Source: an uncultured Verrucomicrobiae bacterium
Lineage (GTDB): Bacteria; Chlamydiota; Chlamydiia; Chlamydiales; Rhabdochlamydiaceae
Length of the DNA stretch: 64,000 nt
Reading direction: 5' to 3'
NCBI GenBank assembly: GCA_963813135.1
Contig: CAWEXY010000009.1
Span: 32,001 to 96,000 of the forward strand
Shown here: piece after piece, positions 40,173 through 51,327 of the stretch
Layout: every line of letters begins with the position of its first letter
Position numbering within the stretch: position 1 is the stretch's first letter
Translations under genes and position numbers: made by a program
Notes under the pieces: model-generated
What the model saw: the letters and a program-made list of their open reading frames with translations, nothing else
Databases searched by the model: none
What the model was told of the DNA's origin: nothing

Positions 40173-42202
40173 TCATAGTTTTTCTATAGCTTTTAACATC
40201 TCATCTAATTTGGTCAAGGGCGCCTCGCAATGGTTGCTTCGGCAAATATACACCGCCGTCTGGCCGGCCAGCGTCGATTTATCCGGCTCAAGACGCTTGT
40301 CCCCCTCGTTTTTCCATACCACCGCCATATGCGGCGAAAAATGGCGCGAAAGAGCCTCTTCAAGTTCTTTTTTGTACATGTCTTGCTGATTTAGAACAAC
40401 CACAACTGTAGGGGCCTGTTTGTCATAATAATGCAAAACGTTGGACAGATGATAGCAGGCTCCTCCGGGCATCGTTTCTAGATACGGTTTAGCCGCTTTA
40501 AGGACTTCCTCTGCTTGCCTTGAGTAACCCTCGTCTTGCGTGATTTGAAATAGCCGCAGGAGATTTTCTGTGTGCACGGCGTTGCCCGAAGGTTCGGCGC
40601 CATCATAAAAGTCGCATTTGCGCAAGATCAGCTCCTCTTTACCGTCTGTCTGATAAAAAGCCCCCTCGATCTCTTTAAAATCACGCTCCACAATGTGCGA
40701 CAGAGAAACGGCCCAATCAAGATAGTCATTTCCACACCCTTCTTCAAAAAGCGAGAGGGCCCCTTTGATGAGCCCTGCATAATCTTCCAGCGTGGCATTA
40801 TATTTGGATTCTCCGGCGCACCATCGGTGCAAGAGCTTGCCCTCCACCCATAAATTTGTGCGGATAAAATCAGCCGCTTGCACAGCCGCGCTGATAAATC
40901 GAGGCTCGCTCAAAGCCTTTCCTGCGCGGATCATTGCATGGATCATGAGGCCGTTGTGGCAGGCCAGTATTTTCTCATCGCGAAAGGGCCGCGGGCGGGC
41001 TTGCCTGCGGCGCAAAAGGGCTTCTTTCCAGCTTTTTAAGGCCTTAGTAAAAGTCTCGGGCGGCAGATTGAATGATGCGGCAAATTCTTCAGGCGCCGCT
41101 TCCATATGCAGGACATTCCTCCCTTCAAAATTCCCAGCATGCGTGACATCGTAAAATGCCATCGCCACTTCCCCTTCCTCTCCCGGAATCGCTTCCTCAA
41201 ATTCTTCGGGCACCCATGTATAATAAAGTCCCTCATGACCTCCGCTATCGGCGTCTTCCCCTGAATAAAATCCCCCCTGCGCGTGGGTCATGTCGCGGAT
41301 GATATAGTGAAGAATTTCCCGCAAACTTCGGCATAACGCTCTTTTTTGGTCATTTTCCAGGCTTGCAGATAGGTGAAGCTTAAAAGCGCATTATCATAGA
41401 GCATCTTCTCGAAATGGGGAATGGTCCAATTCTCATCCACCGCGTAGCGCGAAAATCCCCCTCCGATCTGATCATAAATGCCGCCGCGGCTCATCTTGTC
41501 GAGCGTGAGCTCCACATAAAAAAGGGAGCGGCTGTCCCCTTGCACCTTGGCGTAGTTCATGAGGAACTCGGCTTGATATCCTAAGGGGAACTTCGGAGCG
41601 CCTTGCAGCCCGCCATTGACCGGATCGGCCATCTCGAGCAAGCGGTCTGCTCCTTGCGTCGCATCCTGTAATGTCGGAAGTTCATGCCCTGTGGCATTGC
41701 TCGTGTGGGCGAACATTTCTGTGAGCTTGTTGGCCTGATCGATGATGAGGGCTTTCTCTTCGCTTTGCCACAGAGCCTGCAGGTGCTGCAATAATTCGAC
41801 AAACCCCATCATCCCCTTTGCGCTATGGGGCGGCAAATACGTTATAGCAAAAAAAGGCCGGAGCTCAGGCGTCAGCACCACATTGAGCGGCCAGCCTGCG
41901 CTCCCGCCCATGAGGGCCTGGCCAAACTCCATATAGATGCTGTCGATATCGGGGCGCTCTTCCCGATCGACCTTGATGCAGATGAAGGCGCTATTGAGAA
42001 GCTGGGCAATCTCCGGATTACTAAAAGACTCTTTTTCCATGACATGGCACCAATGGCATGTCGCATAGCCGATCGAAAGAAAAATCGGTTTATTTTGGTC
42101 CCGCGCGGCAGCAAAAGCCTCTTCGCCCCAGGGATACCAATCGACCGGGTTGTTAGCATGTTGTAAGAGATAAGGCGATTTTTCCTTACCGAGTCGATTC
42201 AG
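40173..42202 (-). CDS. YyaL/DUF255 thioredoxin-domain protein; frameshift near 41320, start approximate
   Basis: [47 protein letters not shown]. Confidence 0.9.
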
Positions 42203-42606
42203 AATAGACCTACAAACTTTGCAAAGAGCCAAGCTGCGACTAAAATCGCCGCGGCAAGTCCTGCCCATAAGAGGTTCGGCAGCCACTTAACGCCGCCTCC
42301 CAGGCTTCCGCGCACTTCAAGCGTTCCAATGCCGTAGGCAAATTCGTGCTTTTCCCCCGCCATGCGAAAGGCGCCGGGATTTTCACGCACGAGCTGATCT
42401 ACATCGAGCCCTAAGAATGTCGCGTATTGTTTGATGAAGCCTTGGGCGTAGATGCCGGAAAGGTATTCCGCTACGGTCCCCTCTTCGATCGCCTGCAAAT
42501 AGTTGCTGCGAATGGATGTCGCATTTTCGATCTCCTTGAGGGAGAGATTCATTTCTTTGCGCTTTGTGCGCAGAGCATCACCGAGCCGCTTAAGTTCTTC
42601 GCTCAT
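42199..42606 (-). CDS. RodZ-like HTH protein with C-terminal TM
   Basis: [34 protein letters not shown]. Confidence 0.85.
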   Translation of the reverse strand: MSEELKRLGDALRTKRKEMNLSLKEIENATSIRSNYLQAIEEGTVAEYLSGIYAQGFIKQYATFLGLDVDQLVRENPGAFRMAGEKHEFAYGIGTLEVRGSLGGGVKWLPNLLWAGLAAAILVAAWLFAKFVGLF

Positions 42607-42627
42607 AAAAACCGCCTTTTTTAAGCT

Positions 42628-42803
42628 CCGCATTCATGAAGGTAAGGAACCCCCTGGGGATGGAGGACGGCCACTCCCTTCGTTGCCCTGCTTCGGCAAC
42701 CCCATAAAGGGGTTGCCTGCATCGGGCGTCTTGGGACCGCTCGCAAAGCAAGCTTTAACCATCCCGCATTCCCCAGGCTGTTCCTCTCCCTCCATGAACG
42801 CGG
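42628..42803. mobile_element. ~176-bp palindromic MITE-like element
   Basis: Imperfect TIRs ccgcattcatgaagg / ccgcgttcatggagg; central hairpin ggcaacccc-ataaa-ggggttgcc. Confidence 0.6.
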
Positions 42804-42868
42804 ACTTTGTGTTTAGAATACAGATCCCTAACATTTAACGTAAGAGAGCAAGTGGGCGGTAAATCCTA

Positions 42869-44906
42869 TTAGATCTTTTGCCGTTTAGCTTCATTCACAG
42901 GGACGTAGCCAGCGGAGGGCAGGCCAATCTCATAAAGTTTGATAGAATTGATTTTACTCAGTTGGGAAAGGCTTGTAACTCCCAATTTTGAACCAAAAAT
43001 CTTTGGAGATTGGCGGGTGAAAAGACGAAGAAGGAGCAAATTTAATTTCCGTTCAAACGAGATGACTTCGGATTGATCCGCGACGTCAAGATGAGCAAGA
43101 AGGCTTGTAACCTCGTACTGAAAGTCTATAGGGCCGTCAAGAGTTGCAAAAAGTGTCTTAAGAAATATCTGTTTAGCACCAACTGTGTTCGTTATTAGTT
43201 CCTGAACATGTGGATTATTAGGCAGCTCGCACAAGAGGGCAAGATCAGTGTCAAATCCGATTTTTAAGGTCCCTGCCTTCCAAAATTCTGTACTCATAAA
43301 AGTCTGTTAATTGAAAATTATGACCTAAGAAATTGGCAAAGGTGTTTAACGCTGTAACTTTCACCTCTCTCGTATTTATGGGGATGCCCAGTTGGGCCGT
43401 GCTAACACATTGAAACACTTCAGTATCATCGAATTGATTTTTAAGCTCTTCAAAAGAAAGTTGCTTTTTCTCTTCGGATCGGATTTTTTTTGAAAGATCA
43501 GAAAAGACTTTTCCCAGAAAAAATCGTTCGCGTTTGGCAGATTCGTAGAATGCACCATGATAAATAAGAGGAATCATCAATTCAGACCCACTTACGATAC
43601 GTTGAATTTGGGCGATTTTTTCTTGGCGATCGTCTTTTCCTTCCGCGAGAGGCTTAACTTCTAAACTTTTTGCATAATCACTAAAAATAGAGCTTAAGCG
43701 CAAAACAGAGTCTGCTTTGAACAATAAACTATGAAAGCTATAAAGCACTGTAGGCAGCCAAGAGTCTTGGGACTTTTGAGGGAAAACTTTAATAAAGTTC
43801 TGAATCTCGCCGACTTTGTTTAGAATCTCCCAAAAATTCATTTCATCGATGGAAAATTTTATCGGATCGAAAGTAAGCCTCTTAAGAATGTGTGCCTCAA
43901 AGTATTTCAGGCTCCGGAGCATAGAATGTTTACAAAAAAAGCTTATCATCTCAGAATCGTCCTCGGGCGCTTGCCTTACAAAAATGCGGGCCAGTCGTGA
44001 ATCTGCCTGTGAGAGAAACTGATCGCGGCCATCGGACCAAGTGCATTCTTGTTTGATGAATTCAAACGATGTTGTGACTGTTTTTTTTAAACCTTCACTT
44101 TCTGTCAAAGGTAAAAGCAGATCAAATATTTCCTCACTTGCAGTATTTTTAAACGCAATTAAAAGAGGATAATTACCAGATTTATCTTTCCAATTAGGAT
44201 TAGCGCCACCGTCGATCAATTTAACAGCGTTTTCGAAGCTTTGGCTTTCTAGGTGACAAGCATAAAACAAAGGAGTTTCTCCTTCAAGATTGGGCGCATC
44301 GATTATAGCTCCAGCTTTGAAAAGAAGATCAATACAAGCAACTTTGGACTGGATGGTAGCAGCTTCATGCAAAGGTCTGATTCCGTCTTTTGCTGGGGCA
44401 TTAACATCGGCTTTGAATTCAATCAGCAGCGAAATAGCCGCCTCGTCACCAATGTCGCAGGCCAGATGAAGAGGAGTACGACCCTCGTTCACATCAGGCG
44501 CATGATTAACGAGGGCTCCATGTTGAACAAGAATCCGGATGATTTCCAACTGTTTTTGTTTGTTGACGAGCTCCTGTTCATCATCGGACTCCTGTTCATC
44601 ATTTGAGGAGTCAACGTCCTCGGGACGACCCAGATTGACAGCTAACATTAAAGCGCTGTTCTCACCTCCAAACGATTGGTTAGGGTCTGCATGATGTTTT
44701 AAAAATAGGTCTGTGAGGTCTGCCCTGCAGTTTTGGATAGCGAGATGAAGAGCGCGCGTGACGTTTAATGGGGAGGCTACATCCGGGTTGGCCAGCATCT
44801 CTTCGATCTCTTTTACACTTGCCCCCTGTGCAATTGCCACGTTAAGAGATCTATTTTGATGGGGTTGAAAGTTGATGGCCGAACTAGGACCGACTGAAGG
44901 CACCAT
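42869..44906 (-). CDS. Ankyrin-repeat protein (candidate effector), probably one gene split near 43290
   Basis: GRTPLHLAC, GIRPLHEAA, GETPLFYAC; ORFs 43251-44906 and 42869-43297. Confidence 0.8.
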
Positions 44907-45055
44907 GATTAATATTCCTCTAATGTTTTATAAAAAAATTATAATTTATTTCTAACTAAATAGCAACAAAACCTGAGCCATTATAAAAGTTTTACTTGTC
45001 AATCTGAACATCTATGAGTTGCAGAAAAAACGTCTTTCAACGAAGCTCCTTTAAA

Positions 45056-45940
45056 ATGAACACGTTTGTTGCCACTATTGATGTTGCCCTCGCCGATAAG
45101 ATGAAGGCCGACCTTGGGAGTCAAGGTTTTTCTTTAACTCAGCCCCCCTATACCCTCTTCTCAGCCCAGAAAAAGGGCGTCTCCTGCACCCTATATACAT
45201 CAGGGAAATTGACGGTGCAGGGAAAAGACAAGGACGACTTTATCGCTTTCTACCTGGAGCCGGAGATTTTACAGACGCTATCATTTTCGTACCCGGAACT
45301 GGGCGTCGACATGAACGCGCGCATCGGGGTGGACGAGGCGGGCAAGGGCGATTATTTTGGACCGCTCTGCATCGCGGGCGTCTTTGCTGATGAACCAATG
45401 ATCAAAAAGCTGCTCGAATGGGGCGTGAAAGACAGCAAAAAAATGGGCGATAAGATGATTTTGACGCTCGCTAAAAAAATACGGGCAGACCTTCCTCATA
45501 GTATCGTGCGGCTTCCTCCGGCAAAATATAATGAGCTGTATGAAAATTTCCACAACCTCAACAGGTTGCTGGCTTGGGGACATGCGACGGCGATCGGCGA
45601 GCTGCATGAAAAAACTAAGTGCGCCAATGTGATCATCGACCAGTTCGCCAGTGAGCATTTGGTCGAAAATGCGCTGAAACGAAAAAATGTCACGGTCGAC
45701 TTGAAGCAGCGGCATCGCGGTGAAGAAGATGTTGTCGTTGCGGCAGCATCGATTTTGGCAAGGGCGGCCTTTGTCGATGGGATCGATGCATTGTCGCGAG
45801 AAATCGGTGTGACGCTGCCGAAGGGCGCGAACCACGGCGTCAAAGAAACAGCGCGGCAACTTGTCCAAGAAAAAGGGAAAGAAATCTTAGGGAAAGTCGC
45901 GAAGCTGCATTTTAAGACTACCCAAGAAATCCTTTCTTAA
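45056..45940 (+). CDS. rnhC: Ribonuclease HIII
   Basis: N-terminal TBP-like domain (YTSGKLTVQG), IGVDEAGKGDYFGPL, GVKDSK, AAASILAR. Confidence 0.95.
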   Translation: MNTFVATIDVALADKMKADLGSQGFSLTQPPYTLFSAQKKGVSCTLYTSGKLTVQGKDKDDFIAFYLEPEILQTLSFSYPELGVDMNARIGVDEAGKGDYFGPLCIAGVFADEPMIKKLLEWGVKDSKKMGDKMILTLAKKIRADLPHSIVRLPPAKYNELYENFHNLNRLLAWGHATAIGELHEKTKCANVIIDQFASEHLVENALKRKNVTVDLKQRHRGEEDVVVAAASILARAAFVDGIDALSREIGVTLPKGANHGVKETARQLVQEKGKEILGKVAKLHFKTTQEILS

Positions 45941-45969
45941 AGATAATCCGTCTTTAAAAGGAATTTTCT

Positions 45970-46866
45970 ATGCGCAAAACTTTGGCTCTCTCTCTTTTAA
46001 TGGCTGCCACGCTCGGCGCCCACGAATACGGCTTTCTCGAATACTACTTCGTCGATTGCGATCATCCGATCCACATCGCTGGACGCTACCGCCAAATTGG
46101 CAAAGCAGAGTTTGAGAAACATAAGCATGGCGATCTCAAGTACGCCGATGGCTATGCCGCCGCCTTCTATACCCACTTTCTCGATGAAGACAATTCGCTG
46201 ACATTTGGCGCTGGATATGATTATCTCAAGATGGACTGGGATAAAAATCCCCGTTTCCGCGAAGACGTCTTCAATTATGCGACAGGCTCGATCGGTCTGG
46301 TATCGATGACGCTCGAAAGATGGAGATGGATTGTCAACGGGGGCTTTTCAGTCGACGCGAACCACTTTGATTTTGGGAAAAGCGGCGTTTATCACGCGAT
46401 GCTGTGGGGCCGCTATCACTATGGAGAAAGCTGCGGTGTGCACGTAGGAGCTCTTGGCTTTTACGGGATAAAAAATGGATATGCCCTGCCGATCCTCGGC
46501 TTCGATTGGAAGTTTGGCGCCCATTGGCGGCTGGCGACCATTTTCCCTGTCAACCTGTCTCTTGCCTACCTGTTCAATGACTACTGGTCGATGGAAGCCG
46601 CTTATTCGGGATTTGGCATCTATAGGTACCCGCGCCGCGCCCATGATGGCCGGCACGGCTTTCACGACCCCATATTCTCAATCTATTCCAGCGGCCTTGA
46701 TCTGAACCTCAAGTATGACTACGACCATTTATTCCGCTTTGCCATCGGGGGTGGATGGAACTTCGGCGGATGGGTCCTCATCAAGAATAGCGACAATAGG
46801 AACGGCAAGTACTATAATTACAACTCTGCGCCCTACGTTCAAGCGACCCTTGCTTTTACTTTTTAG
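45970..46866 (+). CDS. Putative outer-membrane beta-barrel protein
   Basis: Signal peptide, aromatic-rich amphipathic strands, C-terminal Phe. Confidence 0.65.
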   Translation: MRKTLALSLLMAATLGAHEYGFLEYYFVDCDHPIHIAGRYRQIGKAEFEKHKHGDLKYADGYAAAFYTHFLDEDNSLTFGAGYDYLKMDWDKNPRFREDVFNYATGSIGLVSMTLERWRWIVNGGFSVDANHFDFGKSGVYHAMLWGRYHYGESCGVHVGALGFYGIKNGYALPILGFDWKFGAHWRLATIFPVNLSLAYLFNDYWSMEAAYSGFGIYRYPRRAHDGRHGFHDPIFSIYSSGLDLNLKYDYDHLFRFAIGGGWNFGGWVLIKNSDNRNGKYYNYNSAPYVQATLAFTF

Positions 46867-47446
46867 TCGACGTTTTAACGCTGCCGTCTTCTAAAAGTTT
46901 GAACGAGTTGACGAAGTTTTTATAGTGGGCATCATCGTAATTGGGGATGTTGCACTCCATCGCCATCAAATATAGGCTGTTTTTCACCATCATCGCACGG
47001 CCTTTGAAATAGACATTACCTGTGCGGATATGGAAATCGAGCACCTCCCGTCCATTGACCAGGATCAGGTCAGCGAAGATGAGTTGATTGTTAGGATTAT
47101 GAGTTAAAATCCCATTTAAAAACCCTTCTAAGCTCATTTGCGCATACGACTCATCGACAAACTCTGGATATTGTGCAACAAGCAGCATGAAGACTGTTTC
47201 TTGGTTCAGCGCAGAAATATAAGCATCGTATTTTAGCTCATATCCTTGGTCCGGCATGGCCATTTTCTCCGAAACATGCTCTGGAACATCAGGAAAAACC
47301 ATCGTGCATTTTCCTGCGACTGAGTGGAACTCTTTCCACTGTATAGTTGGCGCTACAGTTGTGGCTGGAGCAGCCGCTGTTGGATTGACCAGCGGACCGG
47401 TCACGCAAAGCAACCCCGCAAGCCATTGATAAAGTTTCTTTCCCAT
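46856..47446 (-). CDS. Conserved exported hypothetical protein
   Basis: 196-aa ORF with signal peptide. Confidence 0.65.
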   Translation of the reverse strand: MGKKLYQWLAGLLCVTGPLVNPTAAAPATTVAPTIQWKEFHSVAGKCTMVFPDVPEHVSEKMAMPDQGYELKYDAYISALNQETVFMLLVAQYPEFVDESYAQMSLEGFLNGILTHNPNNQLIFADLILVNGREVLDFHIRTGNVYFKGRAMMVKNSLYLMAMECNIPNYDDAHYKNFVNSFKLLEDGSVKTSTKK

Positions 47447-47467
47447 ACCTTCCCCCTCTTCCTTAAC

Positions 47468-48106
47468 TTATTGTTTTGCTGGAACAAACATGAATCCGAG
47501 CCACATAATTACCATAAATGCAATCCACACCATGAATAGCGGAATGAGCACATTGAGCAGCGCTTTCCAAGCAGAAAATCCTTGAACTTCGCCCAGTGTC
47601 TTTAGGATCATGATAAATCCCCATACAGAGACGACGACCTGGATCAAAAAGCCGAAGAAGACCAGCGCCAGTTCAGGGCCTACAAAGGTCATCTCCGCGA
47701 AGGAACGTAGATAAAGGCTTGAGCCAAACTTCGCGGTCAGGACCAGCCAGACGAGCAAGTTGACGGCGTTCGGAACATTGGACCAGGCCACTGCCGCGCG
47801 AACATGATTAAAAGGAGCTTTGCCGCCGATCCATCCCCCTGTCCAATAGAGAAGTCCTGAAATAATGCTGATCAGCAGCATTCCCAGCGGGGCCGATAAG
47901 AGGAGGGCGACGAGCAAAATGAGCGGCGTCGACATCGATTGCCCCAGCGATAAGTTTTGGGCGATCTGGAGGATCATCGGAAAGCCGTATACGGCCGACA
48001 AAAGATAAAATTGGGATTTGGGATTAGTCTGGACGATATCTCGAATCGTATCACGAGGCCTTACCCACATTGAGAGCCACGGACGAAGTGATAATTTGCC
48101 TGCCAT
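47468..48106 (-). CDS. Yip1-domain membrane protein
   Basis: PWLSMWVRPRDTIR start, ~5 TMs, EVQGFSAWKA. Confidence 0.75.
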   Translation of the reverse strand: MAGKLSLRPWLSMWVRPRDTIRDIVQTNPKSQFYLLSAVYGFPMILQIAQNLSLGQSMSTPLILLVALLLSAPLGMLLISIISGLLYWTGGWIGGKAPFNHVRAAVAWSNVPNAVNLLVWLVLTAKFGSSLYLRSFAEMTFVGPELALVFFGFLIQVVVSVWGFIMILKTLGEVQGFSAWKALLNVLIPLFMVWIAFMVIMWLGFMFVPAKQ

Positions 48107-48167
48107 TTTTTCCTCCCTGCGTATTTGTAGATTAGTATTTAAAAATTAACTTGTCAATTGAAATAAT

Positions 48168-48202
48168 AAAAAAACGCAGAAGAATTATGCTTCTGCGCTT
48201 TT
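48168..48202 (-). terminator. Intrinsic terminator
   Basis: cgcagaag / cttctgcg stem with a T-tract on the minus strand, downstream of 48231-48461. Confidence 0.7.
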
Positions 48203-48230
48203 AATTTGAATAAGTTAGAAAAAAGAATAA

Positions 48231-48461
48231 TTATTCTTGATCGTCGGTGCTGGGCTCTTCATCATCATCGGGTTGCATCATGATGACATCATCATCTTGA
48301 TATTCTTCGTCATCATGGATAATAGGAGGCGGGGGCGGGGTTGTTTCAGCGGGAGCTTGAAGAGTGGTCGGCGTTGTCTTTGTTTTAGCGGCAATTTCAT
48401 TTTCTTCGGCATTGAGACTGACGAGCGCTCCGACGCTAACAAAAGCAATAATTTTCAGCAT
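48231..48461 (-). CDS. Small exported Pro-rich/acidic protein
   Basis: AGGAG RBS, signal peptide, PPPPP, Asp/Glu-rich tail. Confidence 0.65.
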   Translation of the reverse strand: MLKIIAFVSVGALVSLNAEENEIAAKTKTTPTTLQAPAETTPPPPPIIHDDEEYQDDDVIMMQPDDDEEPSTDDQE

Positions 48462-48586
48462 ACATCTCCTTGCGTAGGTTAGTCATTTGTTTACCGTAGC
48501 AAATCCGTTGAATTCTGTACATGGCACGGATTGACAAATATTTTTTTTCATATTAGGATAGGGTTTACGCAAGAAGGAGAATCCAT

Positions 48587-48970
48587 ATGGGCATTTCTAA
48601 GAAAAAGACCAAAAAGCCGGCTCCCATCAAGTCATCCCCTGAACACGAACTCGAACTCAACAAACAGGTTCTAGGCGATCTCGAGCGCCGCATCAGCATG
48701 CAGGTCGGCAGCTTTCTCGTTCTCACTGAGGAAGGCGATCCTACACAAATCGCCCTTGCCCAAGGCAAAGCTAAGAGTGAATTCCTCAAATTCGGCCCAG
48801 AAATGCATAAGATTGCGCATCATTTGGGCGGAAAGCTCCCCCAAGTTGTCGATGCCTTTCTCGAGAGCATCGATTCTGTGCTCCATTGCAATGTGGAGTG
48901 GCTCGATGAGGAAAAGATCTCTAAATGCTACCAGACAACGCAGCAGCTGGAATCAGAGCTTCGCATCTAA
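48587..48970 (+). CDS. Hypothetical protein
   Basis: AAGGAG RBS, 127-aa ORF. Confidence 0.65.
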   Translation: MGISKKKTKKPAPIKSSPEHELELNKQVLGDLERRISMQVGSFLVLTEEGDPTQIALAQGKAKSEFLKFGPEMHKIAHHLGGKLPQVVDAFLESIDSVLHCNVEWLDEEKISKCYQTTQQLESELRI

Positions 48971-49840
48971 CGCAGCGGCCAGATCGGGGTATTCGAAATT
49001 AAATCCACTTTGCATCAGTCTGTGAGGCATCACGCGTGCGCTGGCAAGCAGCAGTTCGCGCGCCATGTCGCCCAAGGCTGCCTTCAAAATAAACGCCGGG
49101 ATCGGCCAAAACGCCTTTTTTCCTACCGAGCGGGCGACGATTTGCGTAAACTCTTCATTCCGTATAGGATGGGGAGAGACAAGGTTGAAGGTTCCTTTCA
49201 GCTTAGGGCTTAACAGGAAAAATTCAAGGGCCCGCACAACATCGGCAAGGGCGATCCAGCTCATCCATTGCTGGCCATTACCCAATCTTCCCCCCAAACC
49301 ATGCCGAAAAAGGGGCAGAATCTTTGCGAGCATGCCGCCTTGGCCCGAGAGTACAGTCCCTAATCGTCCGTGCACGACGCGGACGCCTTCTTGTTCCAAA
49401 GCTTGGGTCCCTTCTTCCCATTTCAAACAGACAGAGGGCAAAAATCCTTTGCCGATGCAACTCTCTTCCGTGAGGATTTCGTCGCCGCGATTGCCGTAAA
49501 AACCCACCGCGGAAGTCGAGAAGAAAAACTTCGGGGGTTTTTTCAAACGCGACATAGCGCGGGACAGCAGCCAAGTATCGCGGCTGCGGCTTAAAAAAAT
49601 CTCTTCTTTGCGCCGTTTTGTCCACCGGCCTCCTGCGATATTGCGGCCGGCTAAATGAAAAACGGCATCGAACCCTTCCAATTGCGAGAGAGGGATTTCT
49701 TCTCTTGTAGGATTCCAAAGAATGGCATTTCCTGGCTGCGGGCTCCGAACAAGGCGCCATAAATCATGTTCCTTCAGATGAGATAGGAGGGCTCTGCCAA
49801 TAAATCCCGAAGCACCCGAAATCAGTATTTTTTTTGCCAT
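48953..49840 (-). CDS. TIGR01777-family NAD-dependent epimerase (YfcH-like)
   Basis: ISGASGFIG, HLAG.NIAGGRW, SAVGFYG, GQQWMSWI. Confidence 0.92.
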   Translation of the reverse strand: MAKKILISGASGFIGRALLSHLKEHDLWRLVRSPQPGNAILWNPTREEIPLSQLEGFDAVFHLAGRNIAGGRWTKRRKEEIFLSRSRDTWLLSRAMSRLKKPPKFFFSTSAVGFYGNRGDEILTEESCIGKGFLPSVCLKWEEGTQALEQEGVRVVHGRLGTVLSGQGGMLAKILPLFRHGLGGRLGNGQQWMSWIALADVVRALEFFLLSPKLKGTFNLVSPHPIRNEEFTQIVARSVGKKAFWPIPAFILKAALGDMARELLLASARVMPHRLMQSGFNFEYPDLAAALDAKL

Positions 49841-51162
49841 CGATGAAACGCCTCCAAAGCTCGGCTGCGCGCCTTTGCATGGTCGACGATCGGCCGAGGA
49901 TAATTTACCCCAAGTTTAACTCCTGCCTTTTGTAAAATTTCAGAAGGAGCTGTCCAAGGGGCATGTATAAATTTATCAGGAAGGTTTTGCAACTCGGGCA
50001 CAAAGCGACGAATATAGTTGCCGCTCGGATCAAACTTTTTGCCTTGAAGAATGGGATTGAAAATTCGGAAATAAGGCGCCGCATCGGCCCCGCAGCCGGC
50101 GATCCATTGCCAACCGAGCGTGTTATTCGCTAAGTCGGCATCGACCAGTGTGTCCCAAAACCATTGAGCCCCTCCTTGCCAAGGGATAAGAAGGTCTTTG
50201 ACAAGAAAAGAAGCCGCGATCATCCGCACACGATTATGCATCCAGCCTGTATGCCAGAGCTGGCGCATGCCGGCATCGACGATGGGAAAGCCCGTCATCC
50301 CTTTTTGCCATAAGCGCAAGGCCGCTTTATTTTTTTTCCAAGGAAAAGTTCGAAAATTCTCCCGAAAAGGGCTCGAGGGTGTTTTAGGAAAAGCAGCCAG
50401 CAAATGATAAGCAAATTCGCGCCAAGCAATTTGCCGCAAAAAGGCGGGGTATTTTTTAGCAGCATGCCATACTTGACGTGGGGAAATTTCTCCCAAATGG
50501 AAATGCGGAGAGAGCCGCGAGGTGCCAGTAATGCTGGGATAATCGCGATCTTTAGCGTAATTTTTAGCGCTGCATTTTAGGAATCGCTTGAGCGCTCGGT
50601 GGGCCCCCTCTTCCCCAGGCTTCCAGGGAAACTCTTGGTACCATGGAACCCGAGGCAGCAGTTTTAGGTCATCAACGGAAAGAGATGGACGATGTTTGAA
50701 CCATTTGGGTCGGGCAGGCCTGGGCAAAGGCTTTGCAATGGCCTCTTTCTGCAGGGCATTAAAAAAGGGTGTAAAGACTTGATAGGTACGAAAGTTCCCT
50801 GGAGGACATAGAAGTATGCCATGGAAGGCTTCGGCTGGAAGCCCTGCTAAAATCTGTGCATCGCGCCGGCTATAGCTGTAATGAAAATAAACAGCTTCCG
50901 CATCGACCTCATGCACAAGCTTCTTTAACGTGCTTATTATGGGCCCTTTACGGATGACCAAGGGAACATTTTTCGTGAAGGCAAGCAACGAATGGTGCAG
51001 CCACCAGCGGCTGGCGGCTCCCAGTTCCCAAGGATGATCGTCGTCCGGCGACCAAATATAGACAGGCAAAATGGGGCGACCAGTCTTAACTGCTGCATCA
51101 AGTGAAGGATGGTCGGTGAGCCGAAGATCGTTTTGGAACCAGACAATAATGGGTTTTTTCAT
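49822..51162 (-). CDS. phrB: Class I CPD DNA photolyase
   Basis: WFQNDLRLTDHP, TSRLSPH, TGFPIVDAGMRQL, WMHNRVRM, YFRIFNP. Confidence 0.94.
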   Translation of the reverse strand: MKKPIIVWFQNDLRLTDHPSLDAAVKTGRPILPVYIWSPDDDHPWELGAASRWWLHHSLLAFTKNVPLVIRKGPIISTLKKLVHEVDAEAVYFHYSYSRRDAQILAGLPAEAFHGILLCPPGNFRTYQVFTPFFNALQKEAIAKPLPRPARPKWFKHRPSLSVDDLKLLPRVPWYQEFPWKPGEEGAHRALKRFLKCSAKNYAKDRDYPSITGTSRLSPHFHLGEISPRQVWHAAKKYPAFLRQIAWREFAYHLLAAFPKTPSSPFRENFRTFPWKKNKAALRLWQKGMTGFPIVDAGMRQLWHTGWMHNRVRMIAASFLVKDLLIPWQGGAQWFWDTLVDADLANNTLGWQWIAGCGADAAPYFRIFNPILQGKKFDPSGNYIRRFVPELQNLPDKFIHAPWTAPSEILQKAGVKLGVNYPRPIVDHAKARSRALEAFHRWQKKY

Positions 51163-51277
51163 GAACGATCTGCCACGCCGCAATCCCATCCCTTTAGGGG
51201 CGGGTTAGGCGGGCTTCTAGTTGGTCAATTCCTTAAATCCTCGAAGAATCTCCTTCATTTATGAAGGGGTTCTTCAA
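51162..51277 (+). mobile_element. Non-autonomous IS200/IS605-end-like element, copy A
   Basis: Two subterminal hairpins, ends in TCAA; similar inverted copy at 62636-62751. Confidence 0.65.
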
Positions 51278-51281
51278 ATAT

Positions 51282-51309
51282 AAAAGCGAGACCCCTACGG
51301 GTCTCGCTT
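51282..51309 (-). terminator. Intrinsic terminator
   Basis: aagcgagaccc-ctac-gggtctcgctt stem downstream of the DUF378 gene. Confidence 0.75.
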
Positions 51310-51327
51310 CATCTTATGGCGAATGAG

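Noticed and set aside
42634..42834. 66-aa ORF
   Set aside because: Lies almost entirely within a palindromic element
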